Part shown: positions 50,598-62,186 of the stretch, piece by piece
Layout of the letters: the number at the start of each line of letters is the position of its first letter
How positions within the stretch are numbered: the stretch's first letter is position 1
Assembly: GCA_030390025.1 (NCBI GenBank)
Contig: CM059438.1
Span: forward strand, 68,388,001-68,452,000
Origin: Squalus acanthias
Taxonomy: Eukaryota
Direction of reading: 5' to 3'
DNA length: 64,000 nucleotides
Position numbers and translations under genes: made by a program
Notes under the pieces: generated by a model
Database searches by the model: none
What the model saw: only the letters and a program-made list of their open reading frames with translations
What the model was told of the DNA's origin: nothing

Positions 50598-51052
50598 GAT
50601 TCCATAGATTTATACTATGGTTAAACATTTGTTGATGTTACCATTGATACTTGAGTCTAGTGGCTGGTATTGCTTGCAAAAATGTTTAGTTGGCATTAGC
50701 CCTTGTAATGTTTGATCAGCGATATTTGGGATCCTTCCCAACTTATGTGGAGGTAGCATCAGGAGGCTTACTTTCCAGGGTGCGGTGTGTATCCCATCTT
50801 TCCTTCCCTTTTAGGTTCTCTCATTTTCTCTGGGGATGTTTACGAAGGCAGTATTGTTCCATAGGCCTCCAGGAATGACATCCAAACTGCTGGATACTTC
50901 TTCAGCCCTTGGTGGAAGCTGTACCTCATGTCAATTGATGGCTTTGAAGGAGAATTGCCTTGTGGTAAAGTACCCTTTAAGACATTATGCATTAAAAGGA
51001 GGCATGCAGTAATTATCAAACAATATCTGCCGCTACAAAAAGTAAAAACGTA

Positions 51053-51226
51053 GGGGTGAATTTCCGTATGGGTTCTCCCACCCATCTGCTGTAATTTCGA
51101 CGGAAGAGCCACTGAAACCCCGGAAAAGTGGCACAACTGCCATTGATGTCATTTTTCCAGGGTTTCCTTGGCTATTCTGCTGAAGTTATGGCAAATGAGT
51201 GGAAGAATCCAACGAAAAGTCACCCC
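51053..51226. mobile_element. Short palindromic MITE
   Basis: GGGGTGA...TCACCCC termini with imperfect inverted arms. Confidence 0.6.
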
Positions 51227-51636
51227 ACAATGTCGGCTGCAGCACACACTTCCTGTGGCAGAGTTTCAGTGGAGGTTTTGAAGCAGGCCTTCCTTCACTT
51301 TTCTGGAAAGTTATCTTGTATGAACTTCCCAACTGCAGTACTTAACCAGATTAAGGGTAACATAGGTTTAGATTATTTTCCCTTCCATTTTTTTTCAGGC
51401 CTTTTTGGCATGTGCTTTCCACAGCCCAGGGAGACCGCGGTTGATGTGGTCTGTAACTTAAAGTAACTCTCTGTAATCAGTCAGCAAAAACTATCTTTCA
51501 AATAGGAGGACGTGCCATCATCAGTTTATCTATATCAGAAGAGTTCCATCCCTTTCCAAACCTTAGCTTGGGAAAACCTTGGTTCTGTGTGGTACGCTAC
51601 ACAGTGACTGAGAAGTGACAATGTTCACCCAAACAA

Positions 51637-51945
51637 CGGCCACCAATGGTTGAGCGATTATAATCAGGGATGCTCAAGAGGGCAGAATTAGAGGAGTGCA
51701 GATATCTCGGGGGGGTTGTGGGGCTGAAGGAGATTACAGAGATAGGAAGGGGCGAGGCCATGGAGGGATTTGAAAACAAGAATGAGAATTTTGAAATCGA
51801 GGCGTTGCTTAACCGGGTGCCAATGTAGGTCAGCGAGCACAGGGGAGATGGGCGAACGGGACTTGGTGCGAGTTAGGACACGGGCAGCCGAGTTTTGGAT
51901 GACCTCAAGTTTATGTAGGGTAGAATGTGGGAGGCCAGCCAGGAG
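51637..51945 (-). mobile_element. L2 LINE fragment
   Basis: Near-identical to 42464-42770. Confidence 0.85.
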
Positions 51946-52305
51946 TCCTGAAACTCAGAATTCTGACTGAAGAACTAATGACTAAACTGCGTCAGTCAGT
52001 CGTCACAGCTAGGCTTTTCACAAACTCCACAAGGTCATCCTGTAAACAGTCCCAAATTGAATTTCTATTACCTTTGAGGGTTACAAATCTTTACCCATCC
52101 AGGACAGTGGTGGGAGGAGGCTCGTGTGGAGCATAAAGACAGGCATGGACTTGTTGGGCCGAATGGCCTGTTGCTGTGCTGTAAATGCATTGTAATACTT
52201 TGTAACGCATATTCTACTAATTGTAACCTCCTCACTGTAACTTACTCTATAGAAAATGTGAACACTAAATCCTGCACAATGCCCCCCAGTAAATAGGAAC
52301 TATTA

Positions 52306-52442
52306 GGGCTGATTTTAACTTACGGCAGTGGGGGAAAGCAGGCGGTGGCTTGTCAATGGAAAGGAAAATCAGGTGGGGTGTATAATGGGCGGCCACTCTG
52401 ATGTAGTCAGATTTCCACCAGTGCCAAAAGTTAAAATCAGCC
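52306..52442. mobile_element. Short Harbinger-type MITE
   Basis: 15-bp perfect inverted ends GGCTGATTTTAACTT / AAGTTAAAATCAGCC; flanks TTA/TGA. Confidence 0.75.
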
Positions 52443-52789
52443 TGATTGTACTTTAAAAAATCTCAATATAGCCTATATTAGTTCAAGGGTATCGAAATAA
52501 TCATCTGCTTTTCACCAAAATGTATTCATGCCACAAAATTTGATTGGCATTTATGCCTCAGGTTCTGTATGGTATCTCAGCTCATTTAGAACCATCCTAC
52601 GTTACTCATTTGAATGATTTTGAATATTGATCTGTCAACTAAAACTGCCGGATTTGAATTTGTTTTACAAGGCCTCAGTTCTAATTCTTTTATTCCTCTC
52701 TCTTGGCTCCTTCTGTGTAAATCACCAAGAAGGAATGAGGCATCGATGAGGCCCTCTTGAGGCCTCTTGTTACTATGTTATGAGACCAA

Positions 52790-53422
52790 GGGGGAGAAAT
52801 TCGGTTGACTTACACCTCCCGTTAGTGCGCTAAGAGGGCACTAACGGGGCGCAAAGCAACTAGCACCCGGGCGCGGCGCCGCTAACGGCCCCGCGAAATT
52901 TAGCGGGAGGTTAGCGGCGGTGGAAGCCGTTAGCACCCCGTGGCGCTGCGCCTCCGGTGATGACATCATCGGCATGTGCAGCGCCCCGCTCGTGCTCCGG
53001 CCGCGATCTTCGTTAGCGTCCCCTGACTTACCACCGGACGCTATGTCTGACAGGGTCAGGGGGGCCTACCTGCGGGCGGGGCGGCTCAAATTAAAGGGGA
53101 GGTGCCGGGCGGCCATTTTTGTTGCTGGCCGCCTGCCAGCACCTGCCCCCATTGCCATCCCCGGCCTCCTGTGAAGCCCCCCCAGGTGCCGGCTGTGCTC
53201 CGTGAGCCTGGCGCTCCTCTTGAGTGCCGGGCTCTTTAGCCGGCAGTCCGTTCCCTGGTGGCCCAGCTGGGCCCCGGGTCACACTGCGCTAGGCCCCTCC
53301 CCTTTAATAAGGGTAGGAAAGCCTGCAGTACTACGATATTCACTCGCAGCGCCCCAAGAGGGAGGGGGGGGCGCTTCCAGTAGCGCACCACCTCCCTCTT
53401 GGGGCGCTACCAGCGAATTTCG
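52790..53422. mobile_element. Family M3 Harbinger-type element, reverse orientation, one end lost
   Basis: Starts GGGGGAGAAATT; reverse-colinear with 37720-38374. Confidence 0.85.
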
Positions 53423-53760
53423 GGTCTCGACCCAAGAGTTTTGAACTTCTGTCTGTTTTTGTGCTTTTCACATTGATAGGCCCAAGCATGTCCTCGTACA
53501 GATGTAGTAAGGGGAGGCATTGGTTGCACCAAGACGTATGTATATATGGTAGGAACTAACGCTTTAATCTGAGCTCTCTTGCTGCACACAAGCCCCTTCC
53601 TCTCATTCATTTCAGCATTGCTCTATGGTCCTCCTTGTTTGTTAAATTTGCACAGTGACATACATGAGCGTTAACGTGACCCAAGCCTTTAATTTTCTCC
53701 TTTTCCCATTCCACGTGCTGTCTCCTCTAATTTATTTCCTTAATAGTTCCTAGAGGGAGC

Positions 53761-54270
53761 ACAACAACAATAACAACAAAGCTTGTCTTTACATAGCATC
53801 TTTAATATAGTAAAACATCCCAAGGCACTTCACAGGAGCATTATCAAATAAAATTTGACATCGAGCCACGTAAGGAGATATTAGGGCAGATGCTTGGTCA
53901 AAGAGGTAGGTTTTAAGGAGCGCCTTAAAGGAGGAAAGAGAGGTAGAGAGGCGGAGAGGTTTAGGGAGGGAAATCCAGAGCTGAGGGCCTTGGCAGCTGA
54001 AGGCACGGCCGCCAATAGTGGAGCGATTAAAATCGGGGATGCTCAAGAGGGCAGAATTAGAGGAGCGCAGATATCTAGGAGGGTTGTGGGGGTGGAAGAG
54101 CTTACAGAGATAGGGAGGGGCGAGGCCATGGAGGGATTTGAAAACAAGGATGAGAATTTTAAAACCGGGAGCCAATGTAGGTCAGTGAGCACAGGGGTGA
54201 TGGGTGAATGGGACTTGGTGCGAGATAGGACACGATCAGCTGAGTTTTGGATGACTTCAGGTTTACGGAG
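53761..54270 (-). mobile_element. L2 LINE 3' end
   Basis: FKILILVFKSLHGLAPPYL...GGRAFSCQGPQLW...FKALLKTYLF; (aac)n tail. Confidence 0.88.
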
Positions 54271-55492
54271 CACGTTATCTCTTCACCTCGTTAACATTGT
54301 TCAAACCTTTCCGAGAAACTTTTGGTTTAAAAAGACAATCGGCAACAGTAGGCATGCAGCAAAGAGCTGCAGAACCCTTTCATTTCAAAGGGAGCTCAAT
54401 TTTCCATTATAATCCAGTGATATTTCAACTTTAACAAAATTCATCCAGTTATTGTACAAAACAGGTCCGTCTAGAGTCGGAGCCCAATTGTAGAAAGTGT
54501 AGATTACCTTTATGCTGCCTTGGTGGAGGCTAACATTTTGTGCCTCTAGAAATATTCAGGTTGATATTATTCCTGAGACTGTAGTAAGGATTACGCTCCC
54601 ACTTCTAATGTACTGCAATTTTCAATTGTTATGCTGTGGAGTAGTCAGTCACAGTGCATAGTAGGCACCAGGTTTATCACAAGCAATTATCGTGTGCGCT
54701 AGTCATTTAATTTATCATACTCGGGGATTAGCTGGCCTTTTCATTTTCAGCCGTTTGCAGGGAGCAGGATGTTGCAGTGAAACTGTCTATCATCTGCTTG
54801 TAGCTGACGCTTTCTCGTTCTGGAAATGCTGATACTAATTAACTTGTAATTAATACGGCTTTGAGCTAAGAAGAAGTCAAAACCATGAAAGGCAAGGAAA
54901 GAAGGAGATTTTTTTCCCCTCAAGGAGACACAGCCACTGTATGAATACATTGAGGCTCTACAATGGTAGAAAGAATGACTTGCCTGAATCTAAGATGGCA
55001 GCCAGAGTAAAACGTTAGAACAAGTAATATAAGCTGATAGATGACACTTGTACGTGCTCAGCAGTCCTATGTTGTTTAACAATAGATCTAAAGTGTAAAG
55101 TGCCCCATTCCCATCTTTTACTCTTCAAACAGCAGTGCTGTCGATCACCAGATATTACGCTTCTTCTCATGTCTCCTTTCACCCAGTGGGTCAGCAGTAA
55201 AACCTGGTTCGATACCCGGTCTGTGCTTTAGTGGACATCGGATGAGACCTCGATCTGTCTGGGCTGCAATGTGGTTGGAAAACCCACTGACACTATCTTG
55301 GCTGTTCATTGTCGAACCCTGGATGGATTGGTGCCTTCAGGAGAGGAGGGGCTAGAAAGAAAAACCTCCTGCAACCTGCAAAGGCACAGCAATGAAATAA
55401 CTTGAGCAAATAGTTTTGTTCAAAAGTATGCCATCTTTATCAAATATCGTCATCATGTGTTGCAGCAGGCACAACAATATGTAGATAGGCAG

Positions 55493-56308
55493 TGTAAGAC
55501 GTGCGGAATTACCCCTCGCTCCGTCCAACAGGTTATAGAGTTCGGACTTGGGACTTATGAGAAATTACACCAGACACACGGGTTCTGTCTTTAACCTTTT
55601 ATTGTTCCTGAGACAGATTCAAAACCCCAACCACTATTCGAGCAGTCCACCAATAATATTACAAGAAATCATACATACAACCACCCGCAGGTGATCAGTC
55701 CGGCGTTGATTGTAGGTCCTCGTAAGCGAAAAGGCTGGCCAGGCCCCTCCTTCCTCTGACTGCAGCCTGATCCTCATAGGCGAGATGACTGGCCAAACCA
55801 CCTTCTTCTGACTGCAGTGCCGATATTCTTTAGCCATTGTGTTTTATACAGCTTTCCTTGCCTTTTGCAGTTAATCAATCATTCAGAGATAGTGAAATGT
55901 TCCTTTAATGTTGGTCTGAGCTGTTTGAGCTGTCAAACGTTCACATTAACTCATCCTGTGTCGCTATCCATTAGTTTGACGTTATCACAGCCCAAAATTG
56001 TTCATTCACTCCTAAAGTTTACAAAAGTGGCAGAAAACCACTTGGTTAGGTTCATGAGTTATGTCGTATTCTGCCTTCCAAAACTTTAAAGATTTGACTT
56101 CTCCCCTTTAACCTCCGAAAAGTCATCAGAGACGCGATGTCTGCAAAATCTAAGAGGGTTTGTTTATCTCTGTTGACCATCACTACCCATGTTTCCTGCC
56201 TTATCAGTGAAAGACTGCTTGTTACATTCACCAACTTTATTTCACTTTGTAAAACATTTTTGCCTGGCAAAGCATTTCAAGAAATATTAAAAATTAAGGG
56301 TCTGTACA
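55493..56308 (-). mobile_element. Candidate solo LTR
   Basis: TGTA...TACA termini; GCAG on both flanks; minus-strand TATAAAA near 55842-55848 upstream of AATAAA near 55598-55603; right boundary uncertain. Confidence 0.45.
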
Positions 56309-57347
56309 GCAGACTCTGTCTAATTAGTGACTTTCTCCTCAGAAGCTCTGACCCAAAGTTGAAAATTTTCTTGGAAACAGTCAAGTGGCCAGTCAGTCTG
56401 TATCAACTGCCAGCCTTGGTTGAAGATTTCATTCCTCTTTATCATCAGGTCACCTCAATATTACAGATAAAATGAACAAATGCAATTACTAAATTAATAA
56501 CAGCAAGCAGAAGATGCTGGAAGTGCACAGCAGATCTATTTGAAAAATGAAATGTCAGGTTGACTTTCCGGGTGGGACTGTTCGAAAGGAAGATTTGCCC
56601 ACTTGTCGCTTTACAGACTTGGCTTGCTGTCTACTTTTGCTATTCTTTCTTTTTATGTCAATTGTGTTATTTTGCCTGCACAAATCACTAAAAGCTAGTA
56701 TACAGGTACAAAAAGTAATCAAAAAGGCTGATGAAAAGCTAGCCTTTACTCAAGGGGATTGGAATTCAAAACTGAAAAAATGATGCTTCAATTGTATAGA
56801 ACCTTGGTCAGACCCAATCTGGATACTGCATTCAGTTTTGGACACTGAGGGGGCGATTTTCTGACGCTGGAGGAGGCGGGTTTGGAGTCGGGAAAGGTGG
56901 GAAAATTCGAATTACTGAGGTCAGGGTCAGAAACCCGACTCCAAGCCACCTCCGTGCGATTTTCCGGTGCCGGTTTTGGCGGTCGGCAATCGCTCCCGCC
57001 TCCAGCTGACCATTGCGTTAATTAATGTCTGCAAATGCTTGTTAGGGCCTCTCTAATCCTATTTTGAGAGGCCCTCGTGAATTTCCCATCATTTCGGCGT
57101 GCCTCACGCAGCTTCTGAACCATGCCAGGTAAACCTCACTGCTGCAGGCCTAACAAGACCTTGTTTACTGCAGTAAGGACTACTTGCAGGTGCCAGACCT
57201 TGGCTTTAAAAGGTCTGTGAGCACTTTCAGAAGGCCTTCCAACGTCGGAGGTGCTACAGCTTGACTCCATCAACTGTGGGACCTCCTGTGAAGACCCTCG
57301 CCCCGCTTACAATGAGCGCTTCCCCAGAGGAGGCATCTGGAAACAGA

Positions 57348-58630
57348 ATGGGAACCATTCATTTCCTTTCACCTTGGACCTCAGATGAGGATGAGGACCA
57401 TCCAGGGCAGCAGCAGAACCAGGCAGCTCAGCAGCAACATCAGCTGCAGCCCCAACCTCTGCTCAGCCACCTGATGCTGCACAGGGCAGAAGGCACCAGC
57501 GCATCGAGGCCCCTCGCCGCAGGAGATACCCCCCACAGAGGGTTTACAGACAAAGGATGAGCTACCTCAACATGAGTGAGCAGCAGTGCCAAAGGAGGTT
57601 GAGACTTTCGCGTGAGGTTGTCCGAGAGATCTGCGGCCTGCTGCAGCAAGACCTGGTGCCCAGAGGAACGGGTGGATACCCCTTACCAGTGGCTGTCAAA
57701 GTCACCACCGCACTCAACTTCTTCGCCTCAGGCTCCTTCCAGGGATCATCAGCAGAAATCAGCGGCATCTCCCAGTCAACCGCCCACAGGTGCATCACCC
57801 AGGTTAGCGATGCCCTTTTTGCTAAGTCCCACAATTACATCCAGTTCACAAGGGATCACGCAAGTATAACCACCCGTTCGGTTGGATTCGCAAATATAGC
57901 AGGCATGCCAATGGTGCAGGGCGTCATAGACTGCACACTTGTGGCCCTAAGGGCACCCCATCACAACCCAGCTATCTTTGTCAACCGAAAGGGCTTCCAC
58001 TCCCTCAACGTACAGCTGGTGTGTAACCACAAGAAGGAGTTCTTGCATGTTTGCGCCATGTACCCTGGCAGTTGCCATGATTCTTTCATCCTGCGGCACT
58101 CTAATGTTCCTCCGCTTTTCAATCCACCAAACCAACTTAACGGATGGCTCCTTGGTGACAGAGGCTACCCCCTGAAGAAGTGACTAATGACGCCGATCAG
58201 GAGGCCAGCTAACGAGGCTGAAGTGTGCTACAACACCAGCCACACTTCGGCCAGGTCCATCATAGAGCAGACCATTGGGTTGCTGAAGATGCGCTTCCGT
58301 TTCCTTGACCGATCAGGTGGAGCCCTGCAGTATACACCATTCAAGGTCTCCAGAATGGTCGTGGTCTGCTGTACACTGCACAAAATCGCACAGCGTCGTG
58401 GCTTGCAGCTTCCTGATGAGCAAGCAGCTCAGTTCCAGGCCTCCTCAGATGAGGATGAGGAGGAGGAGGAAGCTGAGGAGGAGGAGGAGGATCTGGAGGA
58501 GGAGCAGCAGGAGGAGGAGCAGCAGGAGGAGGTCAGAGCGCCGGTGTTTCGACCAGCGACAGTGGCAGCACGCGAGCACATGGCTGCCAGGGATGCAAGG
58601 GATGAACTTACCATGGCCAGATTTGTATAG
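57348..58630 (+). pseudogene. Harbinger DDE transposase (HARBI1-like) with one frameshift and one nonsense codon
   Basis: [11 protein letters not shown]...[10 protein letters not shown]...[14 protein letters not shown]...[10 protein letters not shown]...[11 protein letters not shown]...RSIIEQTIGLLKMRFR; TGA at 58181-58183 where Trp is expected; frameshift near 57455; Gln-rich N-terminus and Glu-rich C-terminus. Confidence 0.93.
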
Positions 58631-58874
58631 GTTGGCCAAGTTGGCACATGTCCTTGGCTCCATGCTAGGACTTCATTGACAATGGACATGACTCTCTGGC
58701 CTCCTTTCATTCAGGCCACCAACCTGACAACGCAAGTGTGGCGTTGCCCGCAATGTGGAGCTGCCTAAGGCTAAGTAACAGATGGCATAACGCCAACATT
58801 TTGGCATCAAATCATGTTAATGCTTTCCAACAAGGATGGCATTTCATCAATACACAGAAACAGTCTCCCAAACT

Positions 58875-59057
58875 ACACACAGATCTGGAGCTTAAATCCC
58901 TTGCCAGCTGTACCCACACAGCCTTGGTTTCTTTGGCAGGCCTCTTCCTCCGAGATGAGTGGAAGAGCACCTCCATGCGAGTTCTCACCCCCTCAAACAA
59001 CATTTGCAGCGCCTCATCTGAGAGCCTCAGGTAGGCCCTTGCCTTGGAATTGGACAT
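58875..59057 (-). pseudogene. Truncated exon 1 of Harbinger Myb/SANT-like gene
   Basis: MSNSKARAYLRLSDEALQMLFEGVRTRMEVLFHSSRRKRPAKETKAVWVQLARDLSSRS, homologous to 31949-31710 and then cut off. Confidence 0.82.
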
Positions 59058-60473
59058 AGTGGTTTCTGAAAAGATGTTGGAGGTGGTACAGGAGAAGCAG
59101 AAATGCTGTGGAATGAGCCAAGGGAGCAAGAAGCCATAAAATCAGACTGGAAAAGTGCTGTCAACAGAGGCGAGTTTCAGTCCCGAAACACTAATTGAGC
59201 AAGGGCATCCCACACCTCTGAAAGCAATTGGCCAATCATGGGAAAATCTCAATTTTTTTGAAAACTATCAGTGGAGGCGAGTTTCTGACACACCCAAGCC
59301 AAAACCCGCCTCCATCTCGCCTCCAGTGAGAAAATCGCCCCCTTAGTTTTTTCCAGTCCCTCATCATAACTGTCTGCAGGCTTAAATCTCTCCCTTTTGT
59401 TTTAGTGACAAAAACTGGACACAGTGCTCAAGGTGTGATCTGACCCAAGCACTGCTTGACAGCTTCCAAGTTGCAGTCCACTGATTTGGCTATATAGGTC
59501 AGCATTTTGCAAAACAATACTGGAAAGGCTTATAACTCAGACAGCATCAGTGGAGAGAAGGGACAAATGAATATTTCAGGCACAATTCCTCTTCAGGACT
59601 GACAAAAAATGACAGATGCACTATATTTTCCTACATTACAATAATGACTGCACTTCAAAAAGTACTTCATTGGCTGTGAAGCGCTTTGGGACGTCCTGAG
59701 GTCGTGATAGGCACTATATAAATGCAGGTCTTTATTCGAAGAAGAAGAAGCAAAACGTCGGGGAAGGGGAGGAGAAAACGCACATACATGCGAGGGAGAA
59801 AGTAGAATGTCCTGTCACATGCCTAAATGGCTGAAGTTATAGCAACATGTGAAGACAGGAAGATGCATATTTAAAAGGATTCTTTAGCGATGAAGCATTT
59901 GGGACATGAGGATGTGAAAGGAGCTGCATAAGTGTTTGTTCTTTCTTTCTATCACCTCGATAATTACGCCCAGCGGAGTCTGCTTCGACTGCAGCAGGGA
60001 AGTGGCTTGCTTCTGCTTGGTAGTTTGCCCACTGCCTCTGACCTGCTGCTCACCCCTCCTCAGACACAATTGTTCTTCATGTTGAAAATCCCTGAAGTGG
60101 GAATAAAGTCTTTGGTTTCCTTTCTCTCATCAAAGGCGCAGAATTGATGATAACAGACAGGAAAGTTTCTTTTGTTTGATCACTGGTAAAAAACCTGGCT
60201 TCGTAAATTTTTCTAATTTTAAGGGGGGGATAAAAAGCCATCCAATCTTGGCCTTTGACGTGAAACATTCAGACTAGCTGGCGCAAACCATCTCCTGAGT
60301 ACTAAAGGGGAAGGGCGAAGGTCTCCCCTCTATATTATTTTTGGCATAACTAAAAACCCACTCGCAATGGTATTCTCAGAATAACATTCACGCATTCCTG
60401 CTACTTCCGCACTTGGCAGTTGAGTCACAGAAGAAAACAATCGCTCTCCAATTTTTTTGTTGTGAATCATGGG

Positions 60474-60548
60474 GATATTAATTGGACTTTGTTGCGCCCA
60501 GTTTACAGGCGTAACAGTAAAACGGGCACAACAAGGCCCAATTTCGAA
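60474..60548. repeat. About 75-bp hairpin, possible MITE relic
   Basis: aattggactttgttgcgcccagttt pairs with aaacgggcacaacaaggcccaatt. Confidence 0.55.
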
Positions 60549-61142
60549 GACCAATGTCCCGAAATTGGGTCAGGCTATTTTTCAGGTGGCAGCGTGGGGC
60601 CCCCTACTCCCGCTGTCCTTCCCCTTCCCTCGGGACTTACCTGAGGGCCAGCAAGACAAGTGGCCTGACAACAGACTTTTCATTCGAGCGAGCTGCCTGT
60701 GGAGATGCGACAAGCGCTGGTAGTTCACCGCGATTATTTAGATGAGTCACGAGGATGAATTTCTCGTGATCATCGGGCCTCCATCTTCGGATGCAGGAAT
60801 TGTTCCCTGCGCTGATTTGCCGCTAACTAATTTGTAAGCCGTGGTGTACAGTGTTAGAAACAAATGTGTTCTGAATTCCCTTTCAGTTATTTTGCTGAAG
60901 GTTTTGACCTATTTTATTTAAACTAGTTCATGCCTTAATTAAAATACTGTTTCACAGAAACAGATGAATTAATACTCCTATGCCTGAGTTCAACCACTAA
61001 ATGCCTTCCTAAGCAGGTGGGAAATAATTATTTGGAAATTCATCCCTTTTCTGTGTAAAATCATTTCCAAAAAGTGTTTGGGTTCATAATTTATTTAGTG
61101 TAGTTGAAAAATACCACCAAATCCAGTGGATAAATTGCATTA

Positions 61143-61365
61143 AGAACATAAGAACATAAGAAATAGGAGCAGGTGTAGGCCAGGTGGCCCTTTGAGCCTG
61201 CTCCACCATTTAATAAGATCATGGCTAATATTTGATCTCACCTCCACTTTCCCATCTGATCCCCATATCCCTTGATTCCTTAAGAGTCCAAAAATCTATC
61301 GAACTCAGCCTTGAATATACTCAACGAATGAGCATCCAGAGCCCTCCAGGGAAAAGAATTCCATT
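61143..61365 (-). mobile_element. CR1 3' UTR
   Basis: agaacataagaacataagaaataggagcagg tail; reverse complement of 12875-13050-type sequence. Confidence 0.85.
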
Positions 61366-61747
61366 TGAATGCAAGTTTGCACAACTTGCAAACTTGGGGA
61401 TGTGACTTGCGTGCTGATTCATTTAAAAGTCACAAATGCAACCAAATGTTACAATAATTGTCAACACAATTCTGATTTGCAAAAGAGTTGTACTGGAGGA
61501 CATGATAAAACCACAGAGTCAATCGATGAACTACAGTAGTAGTGGGCTCTGAAACAAGATGAGTCCAAGTGCTTCTGTTGTGTGTGACATTGATCAGGCA
61601 ACTTGCAGAGTAAATCCCATCAGTGTACCTGACAGTGTTGGATTGTCAATCAGTCCAACAATCATATGCTTATCCTTATGAACACTTCCATCGTGGTAGT
61701 TGGTTAATCAGTACAGTTGAGGGTTGTTGGTCAACATACCTGTCCGT

Positions 61748-62186
61748 GTCAGCCATAGCTCAGTTGGTAGTACTCTCATCTCTGAGTCAGAAGGTTGTGG
61801 GTGTCAAGCCCCACTCCAGAGACTTGAGCATAAAATCTAGACTGACACTCCAGTGCAGTACTGAGGGAGTGTTGCACTGTCGGAGGTGCCGTCTTTTGGT
61901 TGAGATGTTAAACCAACGTCTGTCCTCTCAGGTGGACATAAAATATCCCAAGACACTATTCGAAGAATATCAGGGAAATTCTCCTCAGTGTCCTGGCCAA
62001 TATTTATCCCTCAACGAACATCCCTAAAAAACAGATTATCTGGTCATTATCACATTGCTGTTTGTGGGAGCTTCCTGTGCACAAATTAGCTGTCACGTTT
62101 CCTACATTACAACAGTGACAAAACTTCAAAACTACTTTATTGGCTGTAAAATCACTTTGGGACATCCTGAGGTCATGAAAGGCACT
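61748..62186 (+). mobile_element. Near full-length tRNA-headed Deu-core SINE, tail interrupted by a Harbinger insertion
   Basis: A box tagctcagttgg, degenerate B box, Deu core, tail ending aaaggcact immediately before a TIR. Confidence 0.88.

Larger units (their letters stand above)
56849..59342. mobile_element. PIF/Harbinger DNA transposon (family C): near-intact transposase, Myb gene largely deleted
   Basis: TIRs GGGGGCGATTTTCT / AGAAAATCGCCCCC; flanks TGA/TTA; follows a CR1 fragment (about 56680-56845). Confidence 0.93.

Noticed and set aside
57348..58630. Domesticated host HARBI1 gene
   Set aside because: Lies between TIRs, carries a frameshift and a stop, and has a diverged paralogue at 29456-30660; it is a transposon copy
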